A stretch of 64,000 nucleotides of DNA from Candidatus Bathyarchaeota archaeon (GTDB taxonomy: Archaea > Thermoproteota > Bathyarchaeia > Bathyarchaeales > Bathycorpusculaceae), in the NCBI GenBank assembly GCA_963707955.1, contig OY970176.1, positions 928,001-992,000 of the forward strand. Reading direction: 5' to 3'. This document shows, piece by piece, positions 19,675 to 30,044 of the stretch. The position numbers were made by a program, and so were the translations under genes. The notes under the pieces were generated by a model. The model was not told where the DNA came from. It saw only the letters and a list, made by a program, of their open reading frames with translations, and did no database searches. The stretch's first letter is position 1, and the number at the start of each line of letters is the position of its first letter.

Positions 19675-20226
19675 TTATTTCCTATCCAGATCAGAAATGA
19701 AGCGTTTCTGCAACTCGACTATTTCTGTGCTGTTTCGGGCATTTTTGTAGCCTTCCAGTCTTTCATGGTTCATTTCGAGAAAAGTGTGTCCCCACTTGAA
19801 GATGGAAAGGAGCTGAACAGCCTCCTGTTCAAACCCGACGATGTACAAGGCTGCAGCCAGAGCCTCAACAGTTGAGAGTTTGGTTGGCTTGCCAAAGTTA
19901 ACGGGGTTTCCTGCGATCAAGAAGGGCAGACAGCGAGACGTCCCCCTAACGCGTTTCAGAAGCACTTCTTCAGCCCGCTCCCAGCTGCAATCCAAACCAG
20001 CCAGTCCAAACCCTTCAACACGCTCTTTATCGGCAGGAGAAAAGGCAACTTCTGAAAAAGGATTGAGCACAATAGCCCTCTTTGGCAGGTATCTTACTTG
20101 AAGTACTTCACGGACAAGTCCAAATCGTCTGAGCTTCGACGCAGTACATTTTCTTGGATCATCCTGCTTCGCGTTGTAAACGACGATCTTAACTTGCCTT
20201 TGCACGTGCTTCCTGCACCCTTGCAC
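19675..20226 (-). CDS. tsr3: SSU rRNA aminocarboxypropyltransferase (DUF367)
   Basis: QDDPRKCTASKL, LDCSW, LPFLIAGNPVNFGKP.KLSTVEA, FKWGHTFL; exact start uncertain. Confidence 0.9.
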   Translation of the reverse strand: MQGCRKHVQRQVKIVVYNAKQDDPRKCTASKLRRFGLVREVLQVRYLPKRAIVLNPFSEVAFSPADKERVEGFGLAGLDCSWERAEEVLLKRVRGTSRCLPFLIAGNPVNFGKPTKLSTVEALAAALYIVGFEQEAVQLLSIFKWGHTFLEMNHERLEGYKNARNSTEIVELQKRFISDLDRK

Positions 20227-21724
20227 GATCCATCGGGTTATTCAGAACGTGCGGAATCCAGTCGATGAGGTCTGATGCGACCATGTGGGGCCCGATTTCT
20301 TGGAAGACGAAGTCTCCGGCAGCTCCGTTTACGAACGCGCCTGCGACAGCCGCCTCAAACGGGTCGACTTTTTGAGCGAGGAAAGCTCCGACGATTCCTG
20401 AGAGCACGTCTCCTGTGCCGCCGACTGTCATGCCAGGGTTGCCTGTGAAGTTGAGTTTCAAACGGTCTCCGTCAGAGATTATGTCAACGTGTCCCTTCAA
20501 CAGTATGACCGCGTTTAGCTTTGCCGCTGTCTTTTGCACTTCGGTGACTTTTTGAGACAAGGTCTCTGGCAGTTTTCTCCCGGTCAGTATAGCGTACTCT
20601 CCAGCGTGCGGAGTTAAGACCAGGGGCACTTTGAGTTTTCTCTTGAAACCAGCGAAAGCCTTCAAACCGTCTGCATCCAAAAGCAGGGGTTTACCAGCAC
20701 GCTCGACGATGTCAATCATCGCACTAACGGCCTCGCTGGTTTCATCGTGCAACCCGAGACCTGGACCTAAGACGACGGCGTTGCAAGATTCCACGTGTTC
20801 TTTCAATTCTGAAACGTTGCTCAGGTTCAAGTGGTCTCCAGCGAGCTTTATCGTGATCAAGTCTGGGGACATAGATGAGATCGCATATGCGGTTTTCTCC
20901 GGCGCAGCCAGATAGGCTAGGTCGACACCGGTGCGCAGAGCGGCCTGTGCCACAAAGGTGGGAGCCCCTGAGAAAACTTCGCTTCCACCGACAACCAGCA
21001 AACGTCCAAAATCGCCCTTGTGCGACTCTAATGGCCGTGGTTTCACGACTGCCAAAACGTCGCCTGGACCCGCGTAACTCTCAAACTCTTTGGGCAAACC
21101 TATTCCCTTGACAACCAGTTCGCCCACGAACTTCTTGGCCTTCTCAAGTCCCTTCTTCGACTTGTGAAAAGTTATGGTCAAATCAGCCTTCACTGCCGCT
21201 CCAAGAACTTCCCCCGTGTCCGAGTCGATCCCTGTTGGCACGTCTACGGCAACTCGGAAAGCATCCATCGCGTTGATCTTCTTGACCAACTGCAGAACCG
21301 GAGGTCTCAGGTTTCCTTTTGTGCCCGTTCCAAGCAGCGCGTCAATAACCACGTCCACGTCTACTTCCGGTGTCAGAGTGCTGTCGTAAACTTCATGTAT
21401 GGCTATGGTGTCTTGCAGAAACTGTAAGGCTTTAAGATTTTGCAGAGCTTCCTTGTCCGAGATGTCCTTGCTCTTGCCCGCAAGAATCACGGTGACTTTG
21501 AAGCCCATAGAAGAGAGGTGTCTCGCGGCGACGAAACCGTCCCCGCCGTTTCCGCCCAATCCGCAGAAGACCGCAACAGACTTTCCCGGTTTGAAGCGCG
21601 AAGCGACTTGGCAGGCCACGCAGTGCCCAGCGTTTTCCATCAACAGAAGCCTCGAGACGCCGAAGTACTCAGAGTTCACTTCAAGAGCACGCATTTCACG
21701 GCTGGTTATGGCATCTTTCAACAA
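20189..21724 (-). CDS. nnr: bifunctional NAD(P)H-hydrate epimerase/dehydratase
   Basis: LMENAG, GNGGDG, DALLGTG, DVPTG; HKGDFG, GPGLG, LTPHAGE, GGTGDVLSG. Confidence 0.93.
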   Translation of the reverse strand: MLKDAITSREMRALEVNSEYFGVSRLLLMENAGHCVACQVASRFKPGKSVAVFCGLGGNGGDGFVAARHLSSMGFKVTVILAGKSKDISDKEALQNLKALQFLQDTIAIHEVYDSTLTPEVDVDVVIDALLGTGTKGNLRPPVLQLVKKINAMDAFRVAVDVPTGIDSDTGEVLGAAVKADLTITFHKSKKGLEKAKKFVGELVVKGIGLPKEFESYAGPGDVLAVVKPRPLESHKGDFGRLLVVGGSEVFSGAPTFVAQAALRTGVDLAYLAAPEKTAYAISSMSPDLITIKLAGDHLNLSNVSELKEHVESCNAVVLGPGLGLHDETSEAVSAMIDIVERAGKPLLLDADGLKAFAGFKRKLKVPLVLTPHAGEYAILTGRKLPETLSQKVTEVQKTAAKLNAVILLKGHVDIISDGDRLKLNFTGNPGMTVGGTGDVLSGIVGAFLAQKVDPFEAAVAGAFVNGAAGDFVFQEIGPHMVASDLIDWIPHVLNNPMDRARVQEARAKAS

Positions 21725-21875
21725 GCCTGAAGCCCCAGTAGTCTAATGCTTTGAAACCGAAGATAAGCATATCCGTTAATCTTGATACGCAGCATTTCCT
21801 GAAATATGCCATGGCAAGCCAACAGGGCACGTAGCAAAACATTTTAATGCAGAGAGCCAAACAATAGAGTCGGAG

Positions 21876-22124
21876 ATGCAAATGCCAACGGCATTCGTGT
21901 TAATAAACACGGAAATCGGTTCAGAAGCAGACGTGCTGAAAGACTTGAAGAAGGTAGAGGGAGTCGAAGAAGCAAACGCGGTCTACGGAGTCTACGACAT
22001 AATAGCCAGAGTGAAGGCAGACACGATGGACAGACTGAAAGAGATCGTGACGTGGAAGGTCAGGAGACTCGACAAGGTTAGGTCAACGCTGACCATGATC
22101 GTCGTTGAAGAAGGAGCAAAATAG
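21876..22124 (+). CDS. Lrp/AsnC ligand-binding (RAM) domain protein
   Basis: AFVLINTE...VYGVYDII...VRSTLTMIV. Confidence 0.88.
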   Translation: MQMPTAFVLINTEIGSEADVLKDLKKVEGVEEANAVYGVYDIIARVKADTMDRLKEIVTWKVRRLDKVRSTLTMIVVEEGAK

Positions 22125-22210
22125 CAAGCACTCCCCTTTTTCTCGAAGACAAACAATCCCTTTATTTACGTTCCATTCTGACTTATTCGAAAGAGAACAG
22201 GCTGCTCTGA

Positions 22211-23548
22211 ATGAAGAAAACGATGCACATTGGACTCGACGATACCGACTCGACCAGAAAGGGATGCACAACATACGTCGCAGCTCTCCTCGTGGAGAAA
22301 CTGCTGAAGCTCGACGCCAGTTTCATCGACTACCCTAACTTGATCAGGCTGAACCCTAATGTTCCCTGGAAAACGAGGGGAAACGGCGCACTGTGCCTCA
22401 GAATACAGCACGACGAGAGTGTCGCGGACAGAGTCAAAGAAACAGTGATCTCAACAGTTGAGAAACAAGCGGACCTAGAATGCAGAGGCACAGACCCAGG
22501 CATAGTGTTTTTCCAGTCACCGAAAATTCCGAGGGAACTCGGCACCTTTGCAAGGAAGACCATAACAGGAGTAGTGAACCTGCCAGACGCAAAGAGGCTC
22601 TTGAAAAAGTTCAAAGGTGAGGCAATCGGATTCAAGAGTGGCAGAGGAATCATCGGCGCCTTGGCAGCAGTTGGAGAGAACCTTCAAGCAGACCACACGT
22701 ACGAAATCATCGCGTACCGCGCTCCGGGAAACTATGGGTCAAAGCGAATGGTAGATGAGGCTTCAGTCTTTGAGATGGACGCGGCAACAAGACCCTACAC
22801 GTTCAACAACGTCGACGCGGAGAAGAGAAGAGTCATAATCACGCCTCGAGGACCAGACCCGATTCTTTTCGGCATACGAGGCGAAAGCCCGGAGGTCGTG
22901 AAGAAGGCTTTTCAAATGCTCAAGGTTCTGGAACCCGTTGAGAGATGGGTCATCTTTCGCACGAATCAAGGAACGGACGAGCATCTCAGACGAGTTGAGA
23001 AGCTAAGCGGGATCACGCCTTACAGTCCGCTGATCGCGAGGGGAACAATCTCGGCTAGCCCTAGGATGATTCGGGGAAGACACGTGATCTTCTCGATTAA
23101 AGACGAGAGTTCTGAAGTGGATTGTGCAGCCTACGAACCCACGGGGGCCCTCCGCGCCGTTGTAAAGAAACTGATCGTTGGGGATCAAGTGGAAGTCTGC
23201 GGCGGTGTCCGTCGCCCTTCTCTGAGCACGCCTCTGACCATAAACCTTGAGAAGATCCGATTGTTGAAGCTTGCATCACAAATCGTCTTCTGCAACCCGT
23301 TGTGTTCAAGGTGCGGGAGGCGGCTCAAGTCTATGGGAACGGAAAAGGGTTTCAGATGCGACAAGTGCGGCTCGAGATACCCTTCTCTCACAAAGGTTGA
23401 GGCGAGATTGAAACGTGAAATAAGAAGAGGCCTCTACATGACTTCAACCCGGTCTCAGAGACACTTAACTAAGCCTGTTGTCCGTTATGGGATGGAGAAG
23501 CGCCATGAACGGGTTGAAGAGTTAGCGAGGGAATGGCACTTCCCATGA
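22211..23548 (+). CDS. tiaS: tRNA(Ile2) agmatidine synthase
   Basis: IGLDDTDS..GCTT, RLNPNVPWKTRGN, GRGIIGALAA, TNQGTD.H, Zn ribbon, RHLTKP. Confidence 0.95.
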   Translation: MKKTMHIGLDDTDSTRKGCTTYVAALLVEKLLKLDASFIDYPNLIRLNPNVPWKTRGNGALCLRIQHDESVADRVKETVISTVEKQADLECRGTDPGIVFFQSPKIPRELGTFARKTITGVVNLPDAKRLLKKFKGEAIGFKSGRGIIGALAAVGENLQADHTYEIIAYRAPGNYGSKRMVDEASVFEMDAATRPYTFNNVDAEKRRVIITPRGPDPILFGIRGESPEVVKKAFQMLKVLEPVERWVIFRTNQGTDEHLRRVEKLSGITPYSPLIARGTISASPRMIRGRHVIFSIKDESSEVDCAAYEPTGALRAVVKKLIVGDQVEVCGGVRRPSLSTPLTINLEKIRLLKLASQIVFCNPLCSRCGRRLKSMGTEKGFRCDKCGSRYPSLTKVEARLKREIRRGLYMTSTRSQRHLTKPVVRYGMEKRHERVEELAREWHFP

Positions 23549-23550
23549 GG

Positions 23551-23802
23551 CTATTTTTGATCAACCTTGAAGATTTCTAGCAGCATCTCGTAGAGCTCGT
23601 CGCCGCCCTCAACCTTAGAGAAAAGGTCCTTTTCCGCCTTAAGCAATCTTCCCATCGTCGTGTATGTCTCTCGCCACTCCAGTCTCTTCCACATTAAGCG
23701 GTAATTCTTCAGTTCAAGCCATGCGCGGAAAACTAGGACTGCGAACATTGCGAGCGTCGCCGCCAGGTTCAGTATGTATATGTTCAATATTTCGTCTGCC
23801 AC
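23551..23802 (-). CDS. small hypothetical membrane protein
   Basis: GGAGGTG RBS; one TM helix; 83 aa. Confidence 0.7.
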   Translation of the reverse strand: MADEILNIYILNLAATLAMFAVLVFRAWLELKNYRLMWKRLEWRETYTTMGRLLKAEKDLFSKVEGGDELYEMLLEIFKVDQK

Positions 23803-23896
23803 GGTCCACCTCCTCCTTGCTCTTTTAGCCCTACTTTATCGGCAAAACGCATTTAAATCAGACTCTGAGTAATCTGAAACAGAGAGAAGGCTCGGC

Positions 23897-24205
23897 TTGA
23901 GTCAGGTTGTCTCGCCACTCGTTTTCCAGTTGGGCGTCGGCGGGGTAGGCGGCTTCATTGTCGGGTTTGCCCTCAAGAAGCTCAGCAAGCTCATACTCGT
24001 TCTGATAGGTGTTTTCATACTGGCACTTATCTACTTGAGCACGCGGGGCATAATTAACATAAACTATGACGCGCTCTGGACCGCACTGGCGAATTTGCTC
24101 GGTTCAGCTGGCTCAGCGTTCTCATGGCTGATCGGCGTCATATCAGTACTGCCTTTCGCAGGAAGTTTCATCGCGGGTTTCCTGATAGGGCTCAAGCTCG
24201 GATGA
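23897..24205 (+). CDS. FUN14 family membrane protein
   Basis: QLGVGGVGGFIVGFALKK...GIININY...GSFIAGFLIG. Confidence 0.85.
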   Translation: MSQVVSPLVFQLGVGGVGGFIVGFALKKLSKLILVLIGVFILALIYLSTRGIININYDALWTALANLLGSAGSAFSWLIGVISVLPFAGSFIAGFLIGLKLG

Positions 24206-24257
24206 GGATGGCTTCGAAGGCAGCACTTATGAAGGTGCAATTTCACGAAGAGCGAAA

Positions 24258-24419
24258 ATGATGGCCAAAAATTTGACGCAGTACATACAGCATTGGGGAG
24301 CCAAACTTGGAACGGAACTTCTTGACAACGAGATAAGGGCTCACACGTGGCATGGAGACACCTTTGAAGAAGCCGTCAGAAGGGTCTACGAGCGTCAGCG
24401 AAGACAGCCAGCGAAATAG
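24258..24419 (+). CDS. small hypothetical protein (53 aa, below the ORF-track cut-off)
   Basis: MMAKNLTQYIQHWGAKLGTELLDNEIRAHTWHGDTFEEAVRRVYERQRRQPAK fills the gap between FUN14 and alaS. Confidence 0.45.
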   Translation: MMAKNLTQYIQHWGAKLGTELLDNEIRAHTWHGDTFEEAVRRVYERQRRQPAK

Positions 24420-24486
24420 TTTAAATGCCTGTTTCTTGTTAATCCTTTGAAAAATCTGGTTCCATAGTTTGTAGGAGCGACTGAAG

Positions 24487-27279
24487 TTGAAGAGATTTCC
24501 AGCTGAGGAGTACGATCTTCCATTTTTCCATGAACAAGGCTTCGTTAGAAAACTGTGCCCTAAATGCGATATCTACTTTTGGACCCAGAACCCGCAGCAA
24601 GAAACTTGTGGCGAAGCAACGTCAGAAGGATGTGCTTCATACACTTTTTTGAATAACCCTCCCACAAAGAGAAGCTACAGCCTGCGTGAAATGCGGGAAT
24701 CTTTCCTTTCATTCTTCGAAAAACATGGACACGCACGCATAAAACCCTACCCAGTTGTGGCTAGATGGAGAGAAGACCTCTACCTGACGCACGCAAGCAT
24801 AATCGACTTCCAACCATACGTGACCGACGGGCTTGCGCCGCCTCCGGCGAACCCCCTCGTTATTTCTCAACCCTGCATCCGACTCGTCGACATCGACAAC
24901 ACCGGACCCACCTTCGGCAGACACATGACAATCTTTGAAATGGGCGGCGCACACGCCTTCAACTACCCAGACAAGGAGGTTTACTGGAAAGACCAGGCGG
25001 TGCGTTATCAGCACGAATGGGTCACAAAGGATTTGGGCGTGAAATCTCACGAGATAACGTATAAGGAAGCGGTCTGGGTAGGCGGCGGAAACGCAGGTCC
25101 GTGCGTCGAATCGATTATCCGAGGCCTAGAGGTTGACACGCTCGTTTTCATGCAGTATAAGGTCACAAACAACGAGTTCGTTAAGCTGCCGATCCGAACG
25201 GTGGACACGGGCTACGGCATAGACCGTTACGCGTGGGTTTCTCAAGGTGTGCCAAGCGGGTTTCAAGCGATCTACGGTGAACTTCTTGCTAGAATATTCA
25301 AGATGGCAGGGTTAACAAAAATCGACAATGAGATGCTCGTGAAGGTGGCAAGCGTCTCGGGCCTGGTGAGCCTAGATAAAGCAGCAAGCAGGCTGGAAAC
25401 AAGAAAGAAGGAGGCTGAGCTTGTCGGGGTGAAAACAAGCGAACTGGACAGATTCGTCGGTCCAATTGAGAATGCTTTCGCGGTCGCCGACCACACGAAA
25501 TGCTTGAGTTTCATACTTTCTGAGGGCGTTGTCCCTTCGAACATTCAGGAAGGATACTTGGCTAGGCTTGTATTCCGAAGGATTTACCGGCTGCTGAGAA
25601 CTCTCGGCATTCCGGACAAGCTTTACGACATCATGGACATGCAGGTTGACCTGTGGGGTGAAGACTTTCCGCGTCTTAAAGAGATGCGTGACGAGATCAT
25701 GGAGATGGTGAAGGTCGAAGAGGAGAAGTTCGAAGAAACGATCAAGCGCGGCGAGGGAATGGTGAAGCGCATCTCTGCAGAGTTGAAAGAAGAGGGCAGA
25801 AAAGAGATGCCCGCAGAAACGTTGACGGAACTTTACGACTCTCATGGGCTACCACCTGAGATCGTCAAACAGGCAGCGGAGAAAGAAGACCTCAAAGTGG
25901 AGGTTCCGGACAACTTCTACACGTTGATCGCCCAGAGACACATGCAAGTGTCCAAACCGGTCGAAGAAGAAACCGCGTCAAAAGAGTGGCTGAAAAAAGC
26001 TGTTGCAGACCTTCCGCGAACAGAACCGCTCTACTACGAGGACCAATACTTGAAGGAGTTTGATGCAAAGGTTCTGAAAGTGGTCCAAAACGAGTTTGTC
26101 GTGTTTGACAGAACCTGCTTCTTCCCCGAAGGCGGAGGCCAACCGCCGGACACGGGCCACATCAGATTTGACGGAAAGACAGCAGAGATAACTGACGTCC
26201 AAAAAGTTGGCACCGTCATAGTTCACAAGATAAAAGGCGACTCTCCCGAAGAAGGCCAGAAAGTCAAGGGCACAATCGCCTGGGATAAGCGTTACAGTCT
26301 CATGAAAAATCACACGGCAACCCACGTCATCGGCGGCGCTGCGAAACGAGTGCTCGGACAACACGTTTGGCAGTACGGAACTCAGAAGGGCGTTGAGTCC
26401 TCAAGGCTTGACATCTCCCATTATCGCAGGTTGACGCTGGAGGAACTGCAGAAGATAGAGACTCTGGCGAACGAAGCTGTCCTGAGAAACATTCCGGTTG
26501 ACATCGCGTGGATGCCCAGGAACGAAGCCGAGAGCCGGTATGGTTTTCGACTTTATCAGGGCGGAGCGGTTCCTGGCAAGGAGATCCGCGTTGTGAGAGC
26601 AGGAGACTGGGACGTTGAAGCCTGCGCGGGAACGCATCTGAGAAGCACCGGCGAGATCGGCTTCATCAAGATAGTGCACTCTGAGAGAGTCCAGGACGGC
26701 GTTGAAAGACTCGAATACTCCGTGGGAATTCCAGCGGTAAACGCCGTTCAAGCGAACGAAAGACTGCTCGTAAAGCTTTCAGAAACGTTGAACGCACCAT
26801 TTGAGAAGCTGGACCAAACGGCTGAAAAAATAGTCAAAGAACTGAAGAAAGCAAACGTCGATAAGAGGAAACTCGTCAAGGAGCTGGCAGCGCTGGAGAG
26901 CACAGATGTGGGTTCAGAAACGGCCGCCAAAGGTGAAGGAATGAGCGGCATAAACATCGTGCTCCGTGATTTTCAGGGATCGGTTGACGTTGACCGCATG
27001 GTTCAAACGGCAACTGAAATGATCAAGAGGAACGAGGCAACCGTAACAATATTCTACGGTGCAGATGAGGAGAACGCTAGGATAATGGTCATGGCTGGAA
27101 AAACCGCGCTTGAAAAAGGCGTAAACGCCGGCGAAATAGTGAGAGAGGCTTCAAAACTCATAGGCGGCGGAGGAGGAGGAAGACCCAACTTTGCCCAAGG
27201 CGGCGGAACACAAGTTGAAAACGTGAAAGAAGCCGCCAAAAAAGCGGAAGAAACTTTGAAAAAACAATTGAAACCCTGA
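24487..27279 (+). CDS. alaS: alanine--tRNA ligase, archaeal type
   Basis: N-terminal Zn ribbon, RWREDLY, QPCIR, DTGYG, ADHTK, editing HTATH and ACAGTH, GGGGGRP. Confidence 0.97.
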   Translation: MKRFPAEEYDLPFFHEQGFVRKLCPKCDIYFWTQNPQQETCGEATSEGCASYTFLNNPPTKRSYSLREMRESFLSFFEKHGHARIKPYPVVARWREDLYLTHASIIDFQPYVTDGLAPPPANPLVISQPCIRLVDIDNTGPTFGRHMTIFEMGGAHAFNYPDKEVYWKDQAVRYQHEWVTKDLGVKSHEITYKEAVWVGGGNAGPCVESIIRGLEVDTLVFMQYKVTNNEFVKLPIRTVDTGYGIDRYAWVSQGVPSGFQAIYGELLARIFKMAGLTKIDNEMLVKVASVSGLVSLDKAASRLETRKKEAELVGVKTSELDRFVGPIENAFAVADHTKCLSFILSEGVVPSNIQEGYLARLVFRRIYRLLRTLGIPDKLYDIMDMQVDLWGEDFPRLKEMRDEIMEMVKVEEEKFEETIKRGEGMVKRISAELKEEGRKEMPAETLTELYDSHGLPPEIVKQAAEKEDLKVEVPDNFYTLIAQRHMQVSKPVEEETASKEWLKKAVADLPRTEPLYYEDQYLKEFDAKVLKVVQNEFVVFDRTCFFPEGGGQPPDTGHIRFDGKTAEITDVQKVGTVIVHKIKGDSPEEGQKVKGTIAWDKRYSLMKNHTATHVIGGAAKRVLGQHVWQYGTQKGVESSRLDISHYRRLTLEELQKIETLANEAVLRNIPVDIAWMPRNEAESRYGFRLYQGGAVPGKEIRVVRAGDWDVEACAGTHLRSTGEIGFIKIVHSERVQDGVERLEYSVGIPAVNAVQANERLLVKLSETLNAPFEKLDQTAEKIVKELKKANVDKRKLVKELAALESTDVGSETAAKGEGMSGINIVLRDFQGSVDVDRMVQTATEMIKRNEATVTIFYGADEENARIMVMAGKTALEKGVNAGEIVREASKLIGGGGGGRPNFAQGGGTQVENVKEAAKKAEETLKKQLKP

Positions 27280-27334
27280 CGCGAAGCTTTTAGGAGACAT
27301 CCCATCTCAATACACCATGCATTGAGGAGTATGG

Positions 27335-28483
27335 ATGAAGTATAGAAGCTTCGGAAGACTAAACTGGAAAGTTTCGGCAATCGGGTTCGGCGCGATGAGA
27401 CTACCCATCATTGGGAATGACGCTGCAAAAATCGACGAGCCTGAAGCGATCCGCATGATAAGGTACGCGATCGATAACGGCTTGAACTACTTGGACACAG
27501 CGTATCCGTATCACCGGGGAAATGCAGAGACCTTGGTTGGAAAAGCCTTGCAGGAAGGCTACAGGGAGAAGATCAAGCTAGCTACAAAGATGCCAACGTG
27601 GCTCATCAAATCCGAACAGGACATGGACAAGTATCTGGAAGAACAGTTAGACAGGCTCCGCGTGAAGCAGGTCGATTTCTACCTTCTGCACGGACTGACC
27701 GGCGAGCGTTGGCAGAAACTCACAGAACTGAACGTGTTGAAATGGCTTGAGAAGAAAAGAGACGAGGGAAACATCAGCGGTTTTGGCTTCAGTTTTCACG
27801 ACGAATACGACGTGTTCAAAAAGATCATAGACAGCTCTGACGAGTGGACCCTGTGCCAGATCCAGTACAACTACATGGACTCGAACTATCAAGCTGGTAC
27901 AAGAGGGCTAAAGTATGCCGCGTCGAAAGGCCTCGCGGTCATAGTTATGGAGCCGATCGCCGGCGGAAGACTGAGCGTTAAACCGCCAGCCGAGATCGAG
28001 GCCACTTGGAACGAAGCAGACTTCAAGAGAACCCCAGCGGAGTGGGCCCTGCAATGGGTTTGGAACCAGCTTGAAGTATCCGTGGCGCTCAGCGGCATGA
28101 GCACGATGGGGCAGGTTGAGGAAAACCTTCGAAGCGCAGACCGTTCAGGCCCAGGAACTCTGACCCAAAATGAACTTCAACTTATCGACCGAGTCAAGTC
28201 GAAGTACGTGCAGTTCGGTTTCGTCGGGTGCACAGGCTGCAGGTACTGCTTACCGTGTCCTGAAGGAGTGAACATCCCAGAGATAATTTCGCTTTACAAT
28301 GAGTATTACATGAAAGACAAGGACGATGAGATAAAGAAAAAGTACTGGGAGCACATCACAAAAGAAAGTCAAGCCAAAAGATGCGCAAGATGCGGAACGT
28401 GCGAGGAACTCTGCCCACAGAAGCTGACGGTAAGAGACATCCTCAACAGAGCGGCTTGGATATTCGAGCAAGATACTGGTTAG
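27335..28483 (+). CDS. aldo/keto reductase with C-terminal 4Fe-4S dicluster
   Basis: GFGAMRLP, DTAYPY, QIQYN, MEP; CTGCRYCLPCP and CARCGTCEELCP. Confidence 0.9.
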   Translation: MKYRSFGRLNWKVSAIGFGAMRLPIIGNDAAKIDEPEAIRMIRYAIDNGLNYLDTAYPYHRGNAETLVGKALQEGYREKIKLATKMPTWLIKSEQDMDKYLEEQLDRLRVKQVDFYLLHGLTGERWQKLTELNVLKWLEKKRDEGNISGFGFSFHDEYDVFKKIIDSSDEWTLCQIQYNYMDSNYQAGTRGLKYAASKGLAVIVMEPIAGGRLSVKPPAEIEATWNEADFKRTPAEWALQWVWNQLEVSVALSGMSTMGQVEENLRSADRSGPGTLTQNELQLIDRVKSKYVQFGFVGCTGCRYCLPCPEGVNIPEIISLYNEYYMKDKDDEIKKKYWEHITKESQAKRCARCGTCEELCPQKLTVRDILNRAAWIFEQDTG

Positions 28484-28508
28484 GCACAGCTTGTAGTTCG
28501 GTGTCTCG

Positions 28509-29153
28509 ATGATTAAGGCCGTACTATTTGACATGGACGGAGTGATAGCAGAAACTGAACACGTTCACGTCGAAGCGGAGAAGCAGACCTTGCTGAAGTA
28601 CGGCGTTCAAATCACTGAGGATGAACTGCACCGGTACACGGGAACGACGGCCAAGCAGATGTTCATGGAACTGATCGCAAAGTACAAGCTTGACACAACC
28701 TTCGAGCAAATATTCAATGAGAAAGAAGAGATCATGTTCAAACTTCTGGAAATGGACGCTCAGCCAGTAAAGGGAGTCATCGAGTTAATCTGTGAGCTGA
28801 AAAAGAAGCATGTGAAGTTGGCAGTGGCTTCGAGTTCGCACAGGAGACTGGTTCAGTACGTCTTGAGAAAGTTGGAGATAACTCGGCTTTTTGATTCAAT
28901 AATCAGCGCGGAAGATGTTGCACACGGCAAACCTGACCCAGAGATATTCTTGATGTCGGCAAAGAGGTTGAAGGTGAGTCCGGCTGAATGTTTGGTGGTC
29001 GAGGATGCAAGGCTGGGCGTTGAAGCCGCGAAAGAGGCGGGGATGAAATGCCTAGGCTACAGAAACCCGCACAGCGGAAATCAAGACTTGTCAAAAGCGG
29101 ACATAGTGACTGACGACTTCTCCAGCCTGGACGTTCAGAAACTGCTTTCATGA
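28509..29153 (+). CDS. HAD-family phosphatase (beta-PGM-like)
   Basis: FDMDGV, ASSS, KPDPEIF, VVED. Confidence 0.9.
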   Translation: MIKAVLFDMDGVIAETEHVHVEAEKQTLLKYGVQITEDELHRYTGTTAKQMFMELIAKYKLDTTFEQIFNEKEEIMFKLLEMDAQPVKGVIELICELKKKHVKLAVASSSHRRLVQYVLRKLEITRLFDSIISAEDVAHGKPDPEIFLMSAKRLKVSPAECLVVEDARLGVEAAKEAGMKCLGYRNPHSGNQDLSKADIVTDDFSSLDVQKLLS

Positions 29154-29177
29154 ACACGCGATTGGAGTCAGAGGCAA

Positions 29178-30042
29178 ATGACAGAAAGACTCACGAAGGT
29201 TGAGTTCAGCAACTTGGACAAGATCCTGTATCCTGAACTGAGGGTCACGAAAGCGCAGGTCATCGAATACTACATCAAGGTAGCTCCGAAAATGCTGAAT
29301 CTGCTGACAGGCAGACCGATAGTCATGACAAGGTTTCCTAACGGCATAGATAAGGAAGGGTTCTATGAGAAGGACGCTCCGCAGGGCACGCCGGCATGGG
29401 TGAAAACCTTCAAAAGATACTCTGAAACCGCAGAGCGAGAGATAAACTACGTACTCTGCAATGATCTTGACACGCTTCTCTGGTTGGCTAACCTCGCCTC
29501 CTTAGAAATTCACATGACACTTTCGAAAGCAGACTCTTTTGAAAACCCAGATCTCGTTGTGTTTGACCTAGACCCAAAACCTCCAGCGGATTATGATGAC
29601 GTCGTCGAGGTTGCTCTCCTGATAAAGGAAAGACTGGATGGCCTGAGCTTGAGGTCTTACGTAAAGACTTCTGGGAAGAAGGGACTCCACATTATCATGC
29701 CCATCGTTAAGGGCTACACTTTCCAGCAGGTCAGAGAATTCGTCCAAAAGATCGCAGCACATGTGGGAAAACAAACCGAGAAAGTCGTTGCTCAGCGTTC
29801 TAGGTCAGACATGCCTGGAAAGGTCTACTTAGACTATGTGCAGAACTCGCATGGAAGGACGATGATTTGCCCATACAGCACGAGAGACTACACCGCGGGC
29901 CACGGTGTCAACGCCGCTTGAATGGAGCGACGTTAAGAAAGGATTAAACCCAGAAGAATTCAACCTATTCAGTGTGGTTAAGGTTTCCAAGAGTCCTTGG
30001 GAAGGATTGTTGGAGAACAGACAGAAGTTGGAGGCGAGTTAA
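29178..30042 (+). CDS. NHEJ polymerase/primase (LigD Pol domain; apparent 1-nt insertion at 29887)
   Basis: NLDKILYP, RFPNG..FYEK, FDLDP, KTSGKKGLH, YLDY.QN, PYS; continues ATVSTPLEW in the +1 frame to TAA at 30040-30042. Confidence 0.9.
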
Positions 30043-30044
30043 TA

